This document shows, piece after piece, positions 57,266 to 64,000 of a stretch of 64,000 nucleotides of DNA. The notes beneath the pieces were generated by a model. It ran no database searches, was not told the DNA's origin, and saw nothing but the letters and a program-made list of their open reading frames with translations. The position numbers and the translations under genes were made by a program. Within the stretch, counting starts at the first letter, position 1. Each line of letters begins with the position of its first letter. Source of the stretch: an uncultured delta proteobacterium (GTDB taxonomy: Bacteria > Desulfobacterota > Binatia > UBA9968); the NCBI GenBank assembly GCA_963816145.1, contig CAWFJP010000013.1, positions 32,001 through 96,000 of the forward strand. The letters run 5' to 3'.

Positions 57266-57334
57266 CGTAAGGGGTGAGGCGTCAGGGGTAAGGGGTTCCG
57301 GACACGCCTGACGCCTTACCCCTCACCCCTTACG
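57266..57334. repeat. 4+4 heptamer inverted tandem repeat hairpin
   Basis: CGTAAGG GGTGAGG CGTCAGG GGTAAGG ... CCTGACG CCTTACC CCTCACC CCTTACG. Confidence 0.8.
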
Positions 57335-57403
57335 AGACGCGATCTACTTCCGGAGTAAAGACAGTTCGGTTACAAAGCCGATATTCGAAAGGAACTAGGG
57401 AAC

Positions 57404-59419
57404 ATGTCACGCAATCAAATCCGTCTGGAGTTCGAAAGCACGATGCCCTTTGGCGGCGGCAAATCATTTGGCAAGACTGGTCCTTACGAGTGGCTGCATG
57501 GGATGGTGTCGTTCGCCATCGATCCGAACGAAAAAGATCTGCCGTTTGTCTGCGATTTAGAGTTTGCGCCACGCAATACCGACGGCTTGGTCGAGTTCAA
57601 AGCGGTGATCGATCTGGTTAAGCCGGTCGACATGAGCAAGAGCAATCGCAAGCTGCTGTTCGATTTCTCCAATCGCGGCGGGCGCGGCGCGTTCACGCGC
57701 TTGAACGACGGCGGTGGCGATTATGCCAAGGCCGGCGCCTCGGGCAACGGCTTCCTCAACAAGGAAGGCTACACGGTGGTCACGGCGGGCTGGCAAGGTG
57801 ACTTGGTTTATACCGGCAGCAACGTCGTCGCCTTCGTGCCAGAGGCGCGCCACAACGGCCAGCCGCTGCGTGGCAGAGTGCGTCAAGAATTTATTGCCGA
57901 CAGGCGTGGCGTCATGTCGATGCCGGTGAGCGGCGCGGCGAATATACAATGCTATCCGGTTCTTAACCGGGCCACCGCCACGCTGACGCTGCGCGAGAAA
58001 GAAGCCGACCCGCGGGTTTCAATACCGGCGAGCGAGTGGGAGTTGGCCAAGGCCAAAGAGGTCGACGGCAAGGTCGAGCTCAAGCCCTCCAACGTCGATC
58101 TCTACATCAAAGGCGGATTCAAAACGGGCTGGATCTACGAGCTGATTTACGACACCGAAGGGTCGCGGGTGATGGGGCTGGGCTTTCTCGGTTTGCGCGA
58201 TTTGATTTCTTTCTTGCGCCACGGCACCAAAGATTCCGCCGGCGCGGCCAATCCGCTCGCCGGCGCCATCGATAAGATTTACGGCTACGGCGCGTCGCTT
58301 GCCGGCCGGGTGGTGCGCGAGTTCGTCTACGAGGGATGGAACCGCGACGTCGAGGGTCGCCGGGTTTTCGACGCGGTGCAGACCCATACCGGCATCGGCC
58401 GCTTGTATCTCAATATGCGCTTCGCCCAAATCGGCCGCTACCCGCGCCAGCATGAGGAGCATTCTTATCCGTCAGAGCGTTACCCATTTAATTTTGCCGC
58501 GCTCCCCGACCCTTTCACCGGCAAAAACGAAGGCGTGATGAAGCGCCCCGAGACCGACCCGCTACTCGTGCACTGCCACACCTCGAGCGAGTACTGGGAA
58601 CGGCATGGCTCGATGACCCATACCGATCCGCGCGACGGCAGCGACGCACCGATCCCGTCCAACGTGCGCATGTACATGCTCGCCGGCTCGCCGCACGCGG
58701 CGGTCGCCGCCGACAATCCCAAATGGGTCGGCCAATTGCCGCCGAGCAATTTTTCCCCGCAGCCATTTTTGCGCGCTTGCTTTGTCTTGATGGACCGCTG
58801 GGCGAGCCACGGCAAAGTCCCGCCGGCCAACCATGTGCCGCGCCGCGACGCTGGGCAATTGGTTTCGCCCGAGGAAGCGCTGAGAAATTTCCCTAGAATC
58901 CCCGGCGTGAGTTTGCCGGCGACACCGAGCCGCTTGCCGCTGTGGAACTATGGCCCCGACTTCGACGACAAGGGCATCATGAGCATCTTTCCGCCCGAGG
59001 CGGTTCGCGGAAAAGAATATCCCATCCAAGTGCCCCAGGTGGACGCCGACGGCAACGACTTTGGCGGCGTGCGCTACCCCGATATGCAGGCGCCGATCGC
59101 CACCTATATCGGCTGGGCGCTGCGCAAAGCCGGCTTCGCCGAAGGCGAGCTGATGATGACCAACGGCTGCCTCAAAGCGTTTGCGCGCACCAAAGCCGAG
59201 CGCGAAAAGACCGGCGACCCGCGCTTGTCGATCGAAGAGCGCTATCCGACCCATCAGGCCTACGTCGACATCGTCAAACGCGCCGTAGAGGAGTTGGTCA
59301 GCGAAGGATTTATGCTGCCGGAAGACGGCGAGGACTACATCGCAGCGGCGCAGCGGAAGAACCCGCTCGACCCGACGGTGATAATCGAACCACTGGTGAC
59401 GGCGGGGAAGGAGGATTAG
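57404..59419 (+). CDS. Large alpha/beta-hydrolase domain-containing protein
   Basis: 671 aa. FGKTGPYE, NRG, GYTVVTAGWQGD, GYGASLAGR, SSEYW, VPQVDADGN, DPRLSIEERY. Confidence 0.82.
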   Translation: MSRNQIRLEFESTMPFGGGKSFGKTGPYEWLHGMVSFAIDPNEKDLPFVCDLEFAPRNTDGLVEFKAVIDLVKPVDMSKSNRKLLFDFSNRGGRGAFTRLNDGGGDYAKAGASGNGFLNKEGYTVVTAGWQGDLVYTGSNVVAFVPEARHNGQPLRGRVRQEFIADRRGVMSMPVSGAANIQCYPVLNRATATLTLREKEADPRVSIPASEWELAKAKEVDGKVELKPSNVDLYIKGGFKTGWIYELIYDTEGSRVMGLGFLGLRDLISFLRHGTKDSAGAANPLAGAIDKIYGYGASLAGRVVREFVYEGWNRDVEGRRVFDAVQTHTGIGRLYLNMRFAQIGRYPRQHEEHSYPSERYPFNFAALPDPFTGKNEGVMKRPETDPLLVHCHTSSEYWERHGSMTHTDPRDGSDAPIPSNVRMYMLAGSPHAAVAADNPKWVGQLPPSNFSPQPFLRACFVLMDRWASHGKVPPANHVPRRDAGQLVSPEEALRNFPRIPGVSLPATPSRLPLWNYGPDFDDKGIMSIFPPEAVRGKEYPIQVPQVDADGNDFGGVRYPDMQAPIATYIGWALRKAGFAEGELMMTNGCLKAFARTKAEREKTGDPRLSIEERYPTHQAYVDIVKRAVEELVSEGFMLPEDGEDYIAAAQRKNPLDPTVIIEPLVTAGKED

Positions 59420-59585
59420 GAGCGTCATACAAGTCGCGAACAATGCAGCGGGGGCGAGCGGCTATCGAAGTCGGAATATCTCGATCGGAATAATATCCGG
59501 ATGGCGGCGAAGCCGATTCGGTTTAGAGAATTGATGCTGCAGTGGAGAGCGCCAGTCGATAGCGCAAGTTGCTACTCGGCTCCAA

Positions 59586-60488
59586 CTAGCGGAACGCCCC
59601 GATTCCCGGCGTTCTGACTTCGAGTTTGGCGAGGGAGCCGCGCGGGGTGAGATATAGCGTGCGGAAGTCCGGGCCGCCAAAAGCGAGGTTGCGAACCACT
59701 TCCGGCATTCGGACGATGCCGATGCGCTCACCCGATGGAGCGATCACCCAGATGCCGCCGGAGCCGACGCAAAATACTCGCCCCGCGGTGTCGACTTTCA
59801 TACCGTCGGGAACGCCGGGAGCCGCCGAGGACATATCGCAGAACACGCGGTTGTTGCTCAAGGTTCCGTTCGGAGCCACGTCGAACGCTCGGATGCGCCG
59901 ATGTGGACAAACCTCGCCGCGCTCTGCCTCCCGGAAGCAGCGCTCGTCTAGCCGGCTGATCGCTACGTACAGGACTGACTCATCAGGCGAGAACGCCAGC
60001 CCATTGGGGTACTCACATTCTTCGGTGGCCAGGTGCACCTGCCCCGTGGGATCGATGCGAAACACGCCGGAAAATCCGATCTCGCGCAGCTCTGCTGGGA
60101 CGCGCAGCCCGGGGTCGGTGAAATAGATGCTACCGTCGGAGCGGCATACCACGTCGTTCGGTTTATTAAATCGTTTGCCCTGCCAACGCTCGGCAATGGC
60201 CGTGACCGTGCCGTCTGCCTCCATCCGGGTAATACGCCGGTGATCGGCGCCTTCGCACATGATGAGACGGCCCTGCCGGTCTAGGGTACAGCCATTTCCC
60301 TCCCCGGTATTCTCCCGCACTACCGTTACCGACCCGTTCGGGTCCCAGCGCAGAAGCCGGTTTCCCTCCAGATCCACGAAGGTAACATACCCTCCCGCGT
60401 GCCAGAGCGGCCCTTCAGCGCGGCCCCAGCCAGTCGTAAGCAGGATAGGCTCGGTGGATTCGAATATGTCAGAGAGGTTCTCAGCCAT
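59586..60488 (-). CDS. SMP-30/gluconolactonase/LRE family protein
   Basis: AEGPLW, FNKPND, YFTDP, PNGLAFSPDE, PDGMKVD, NLAFGG. Confidence 0.93.
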   Translation of the reverse strand: MAENLSDIFESTEPILLTTGWGRAEGPLWHAGGYVTFVDLEGNRLLRWDPNGSVTVVRENTGEGNGCTLDRQGRLIMCEGADHRRITRMEADGTVTAIAERWQGKRFNKPNDVVCRSDGSIYFTDPGLRVPAELREIGFSGVFRIDPTGQVHLATEECEYPNGLAFSPDESVLYVAISRLDERCFREAERGEVCPHRRIRAFDVAPNGTLSNNRVFCDMSSAAPGVPDGMKVDTAGRVFCVGSGGIWVIAPSGERIGIVRMPEVVRNLAFGGPDFRTLYLTPRGSLAKLEVRTPGIGAFR

Positions 60489-60578
60489 CGTGCACCTCGT
60501 GGTTTTGCGTGATCGATATGGAACAATCCGAGAGATTACGACGATGCTCTTTACTCTCTCTCAGACACATCTGGGGCA

Positions 60579-61529
60579 TTATTTACCTCCAGGCAGCATC
60601 GAAAAATCGAGAAACTTCTGTGGGTCGAGATCGGCGGGTATGGGTCTCTCTTGGCGGAGAACATCCAGATAACCGCGGGCGAGCTTCAGCGGCAAGCGGC
60701 CGTCTTTGTTTAGCGTGCTGAGAAACGTCTCGTAGGTGCCGTTCGCTTCGGTTGCCGTGATCTTAAATTTGTTCGAGATCATATTCACCGCATCGGGCCG
60801 ATTAGCGCGTATCCATGCTATCGCGTCGAGAGCTGCGGTGATGGTCTTTTGCACTCGCTCCCGATTATTTGTCACTTCCGCTCTGGTCGTTACCAAGCCC
60901 GACGACGGAATGTCGATTAGGTCGCCGATCAAGGCGAATTTTTTGAATCCTTTGGTGACGGCTTTATCGTCGAACGGCGGTGTCAGCACGGCGCCGGCGA
61001 CTTGCTCGCTGGCAAGGGACGCGAAGCTACCGGCGGTGCCTCCAGTCATGATGAAGCCGACGTCTTTGTCGTTGAGTTCTACTTTCTTGAACCAAGCCAT
61101 CATCAAGTAGTGCCCTGTCGTTCGGATTCCAGATATTGCAACCTTCTTGCCGACGAGATCCTGAGGTTTGTTGATCTCTTTGTTGGTCACGAGCATCCAC
61201 GGCGTAATGTTGTAGAAATTGAGCACCGCGACGAGTGGCAGGCCGGCGACCGCGGCGGATATCCCGGTGGCGAGCGACGGGAAGAAGTTGATATTGCCGT
61301 TTAAGAGCGCCTGGGGCTGGATGCTGGTGTTCATCTGGATGAACTCCGCTTCGAGCCCGGCTTTTTTGAGCAAGCCTTTTTCCTGGGCGACGTAGAATGG
61401 CATGTAAGTGAGCGCCAACGAGGGCAAGCCGATGCGGATTCTTTGCAGCGCTTCCGCTCCATGGCTGGCGCGCGCATATACACACGCTACAGTTAGCGCG
61501 ATCACGATCGCTGGCAGTTGTCGTTTCAT
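60579..61529 (-). CDS. NitT/TauT (NMT1/SsuA-type) ABC substrate-binding protein
   Basis: ATG 61529 after GGGAG. Signal peptide; GLLKKAGLEAEF, DLVGKKVAI. Confidence 0.88.
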   Translation of the reverse strand: MKRQLPAIVIALTVACVYARASHGAEALQRIRIGLPSLALTYMPFYVAQEKGLLKKAGLEAEFIQMNTSIQPQALLNGNINFFPSLATGISAAVAGLPLVAVLNFYNITPWMLVTNKEINKPQDLVGKKVAISGIRTTGHYLMMAWFKKVELNDKDVGFIMTGGTAGSFASLASEQVAGAVLTPPFDDKAVTKGFKKFALIGDLIDIPSSGLVTTRAEVTNNRERVQKTITAALDAIAWIRANRPDAVNMISNKFKITATEANGTYETFLSTLNKDGRLPLKLARGYLDVLRQERPIPADLDPQKFLDFSMLPGGK

Positions 61530-61570
61530 GTTGTGACTCCCTGACGAAAGACGGACTCCGAAGTTTTTAC

Positions 61571-61597
61571 CGCAAAGGTCGCAGAGAACGCAAAGGG
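61571..61597 (+). repeat. 9-nt tandem repeat CGCA(A/G)AGNN x3
   Basis: CGCAAAGGT CGCAGAGAA CGCAAAGGG. Confidence 0.55.
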
Positions 61598-61732
61598 AGA
61601 TCGGACTATTCGCATGATCTGCGCGGTAACCAATAAGATGACCGGCCCCACGGCGCAGCGAATGTCGCAATGGCTCGGATAGGACAAGAGCACGACATGC
61701 CGCACCACTACGAAACCATGGTTGGACGAATA

Positions 61733-61761
61733 TTGACAGCTGCCGACGCGGCTCTTAGAGT
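61733..61761 (+). promoter_or_regulatory. Putative sigma-70 promoter
   Basis: TTGACA, 17-nt spacer, TAGAGT; ends 28 nt upstream of ATG 61790. Confidence 0.55.
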
Positions 61762-61789
61762 GGGCGGCTACATTGGGGTGAAATAAGCT

Positions 61790-62917
61790 ATGCTGACAAG
61801 GGCAATCTTACTGCTTGTATCGATATTCTTTATCAGCGTTCACAGTTATGCAGCTGATGCTCGGCCGGCGTGGCGTGTTGAGTGGGATAAGACCACAGCA
61901 GCGGCGGAGAAGGAAGGCGCTCTCAGCCTCTACGTTTTCGCAGCTGGGCCGCTGACTGAAGAAACGGTTCATGCTTTCGAGCGCGCTTATCCGAAGATTA
62001 AAGTTAACCAGCTGCGCGGCCGAGGCAACGATCTGGGTCCGCGGCTGGTGGCCGAGCGGCGCGCCGGAAAGTATCTCGCCGATCTGTTCGCCGGCGGCAA
62101 GGGGACGGCGTACACGACGCTTTACGTCGGCAAAATGCTCGATCCGATCAAACAGATCCTCGTGCTGCCCGAGGTCGTCGATGAATCGAAATGGTGGCGC
62201 GGCGAGCTGAAGTACGTCGACCCGGAGAACAAATATATCTTCGTTTATATCGGCAACGCCGGCGGCGTCGAGATCAATTACAATACCAACTTTGTCAACC
62301 CGCACGAGTTTGGCTCTTACTGGGATTTGATCCAGCCGAAGTGGAAAGGCAAAATCACCGCCACCGATCCGCGCTCCCGCGGCATGGACAATCCAGTGTT
62401 ATTTTTCTATTACCACGCCAAGCTTGGGCCCGAATTTATTCGCAAACTTTACGGCGATATGGAGGTCGCGATCGCGCGCGACTATCGCCAGCCGGTGGAT
62501 TGGCTGGCGTCGGCAAGGTACGCGCTCTGCATCCCCTGTGTTTCGGACGAAATGGACAAGGCCATGGACCAGGGGTTGCCGGTGGGGCAAATTCTTCGGC
62601 TGAAAGAGGGCGGCACCCTGAGTTCTTCCGGCGGCACTTTGAGCTTGTTGCAGAACGCGCCTCATCCCAACGCGGCGAAGGTGTTCGTCAACTGGCTCTT
62701 GTCGCGGGAAGGACAAACCATGGTGCAAAAAGGCCGTAAGGGGCGTCCGCGTACCGCATCAAATTCGCTGCGCACCGATATTGCCAAGAACGATCTGCCG
62801 GAGGAAGTACAGCGCCGGGACGGCGTTGAATACTTCGACGCCGATGATGACAGACAGGCCGACCGCCGTCCGGCAGACAAGTTGTTCGATGAGATTTTCG
62901 GCAAGGCGGGTAAATAA
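61790..62917 (+). CDS. ABC substrate-binding protein, Fe(III)/polyamine/thiamine type
   Basis: Signal peptide; AAEKEGAL, LIQPKWKGKI, APHPNAAKVFVNWLLSREGQ. Confidence 0.88.
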   Translation: MLTRAILLLVSIFFISVHSYAADARPAWRVEWDKTTAAAEKEGALSLYVFAAGPLTEETVHAFERAYPKIKVNQLRGRGNDLGPRLVAERRAGKYLADLFAGGKGTAYTTLYVGKMLDPIKQILVLPEVVDESKWWRGELKYVDPENKYIFVYIGNAGGVEINYNTNFVNPHEFGSYWDLIQPKWKGKITATDPRSRGMDNPVLFFYYHAKLGPEFIRKLYGDMEVAIARDYRQPVDWLASARYALCIPCVSDEMDKAMDQGLPVGQILRLKEGGTLSSSGGTLSLLQNAPHPNAAKVFVNWLLSREGQTMVQKGRKGRPRTASNSLRTDIAKNDLPEEVQRRDGVEYFDADDDRQADRRPADKLFDEIFGKAGK

Positions 62918-62920
62918 AGA

Positions 62921-62948
62921 GTCCAAGGTTCAACGTTCAAAGTTCAAT
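62921..62948 (+). repeat. Heptamer tandem repeat GT(T/C)CAAN x4
   Basis: GTCCAAG GTTCAAC GTTCAAA GTTCAAT. Confidence 0.7.
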
Positions 62949-63032
62949 GTCAGAACCGGAGTCTACCGGTTCGACTATCTCCTTTGTTATAAAGAATCGA
63001 ACGAACGGCTGGTTGGCAATTGGGAGAACGCT

Positions 63033-64000
63033 ATGACGATCATCGTCAAACTGAGTCGGGTACTTACGTTAGTTCTTACGCTCCTTGGTATTGCCGCGCC
63101 GGGCGCAGCGCAGGACAAGTCCTTGAAGAAGATTTACTGGGGCGTGTCGACGCTGTCGCCGACCTTGTGGATACCGTGGATCGCCAAAGAGGCGAAGCTT
63201 TTCGAGAAGCACGGGCTTGACGTCGAGCCGGTTTTGCTCAACGGCTCAGGGCGCACCTCACAGGCGCTGTTGTCCGGCAGTTTGTTCGCCGCATCGGTGG
63301 CGTTGCCGCAGGTGATGCTGGCGGACTTGACCGGCGCCGATTTGGCAAACGTCGCCCATGGGATCGGCGTGCAGGCGAGCCGGCTGATGGTCCGGCCGGA
63401 GATACGCAAGGTCGAGGATCTCAAGGGCAAGCGCATTGGCATTTCAAGTTTGGGTTCCGCGGGCGATTTATTGTTCGGCTACGTGCTGCGCAAATACGGC
63501 ATCGACACGACGCGCGAGGTTATCTGGCTCGCGGTTGGCAACACCGCTGAACGGCTCCAGGCGTTGATGTCGGGTACGGTGGATGCTGCGGATATGACTT
63601 ACCCGGCCGATGTTGAAGCCGAGCGCAAAGGTTTTCGTGCGCTGCTCGACGCGCGCAAGGAGATCGTCTATCCGACCGCATCGGTGGTGACGCGGCGCAA
63701 GACGATCAAAGAAGAGCGCGACACGGTGATGCGCTTCGTGCGCTCGTTTGTCGAAGGCATCGCCTATCTCAAGCAGAACAAGGAGTTCAGCAAGAAGGTG
63801 CTGACCAAATACATGCGCACGACCGATGCGGAATATCTCGAAGGTTCTTACAACATCTTCCGCAACGATTTCATTTCAGTGCCCTATCCGATCACAAAAA
63901 ATCTTGACGCGATCTATGAGATAGCGGCGTTTCGCCGGCCGGAGATCCGCACGCATAAAGCCGAGGAGTTCGTCGATACTAGCTTTGTCGCTGAGCTGGA
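63033..64000 (+). CDS. NitT/TauT (NMT1/SsuA-type) ABC substrate-binding protein, 3'-truncated by window edge
   Basis: Not in the ORF track. ATG 63033 after GGGAG; my translation MTIIVKLSRVLTLVLTLLGIAAPGAAQ...WIAKEAKLFEKHGLDVE...DLKGKRIGI runs off the window end. Confidence 0.88.
   Translation, partial: MTIIVKLSRVLTLVLTLLGIAAPGAAQDKSLKKIYWGVSTLSPTLWIPWIAKEAKLFEKHGLDVEPVLLNGSGRTSQALLSGSLFAASVALPQVMLADLTGADLANVAHGIGVQASRLMVRPEIRKVEDLKGKRIGISSLGSAGDLLFGYVLRKYGIDTTREVIWLAVGNTAERLQALMSGTVDAADMTYPADVEAERKGFRALLDARKEIVYPTASVVTRRKTIKEERDTVMRFVRSFVEGIAYLKQNKEFSKKVLTKYMRTTDAEYLEGSYNIFRNDFISVPYPITKNLDAIYEIAAFRRPEIRTHKAEEFVDTSFVAEL

Noticed and set aside
59420-59585. Possible ncRNA between convergent genes (GCTATCGA/TCGATAGC inverted repeat)
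   Set aside because: Only an 8-bp match, with no recognisable RNA family features.
35071-62948. Short repeat arrays as possible CRISPR arrays
   Set aside because: Units are 7-9 nt and contiguous with no unique spacers; no cas genes.

Overview
GC-rich bacterial chromosome segment with about 55 CDSs and no rRNA, tRNA, CRISPR array or intact transposase that I can recognise. It is dominated by 18 periplasmic solute-binding proteins (family-5 peptide type, Fe/polyamine type, NMT1/TauA type, one Bug/TTT) against only 3 permeases, no ABC ATPase and no recognisable transcription factor. These are interleaved with catabolic enzymes: five amidohydrolases, two MmgE/PrpD proteins, a fused class III CoA-transferase, an enoyl-CoA hydratase, a dienelactone hydrolase, VOC proteins and an FAD oxidoreductase. 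The style resembles SBP-rich Binatia-like 'deltaproteobacteria' (inference only). The best candidate for an undescribed system is a three-gene minus-strand operon (22297->19549): a short BoxB-like di-iron aryl-CoA epoxidase, a thioredoxin-like [2Fe-2S] ferredoxin and a stand-alone NuoF-like flavoprotein. This suggests a complex-I-derived NuoEF-like module replaces BoxA/PaaE as reductase. The operon has its own sigma70-like promoter overlapped by a perfect 18-bp palindrome matching the PaaR-type operator consensus, and ends in an intrinsic terminator. Intergenic DNA carries MITE/REP-like elements and 7-9-nt tandem-repeat hairpins, one of which appears to frameshift an SBP signal peptide. All calls come from motif recognition by eye; no database searches were run.
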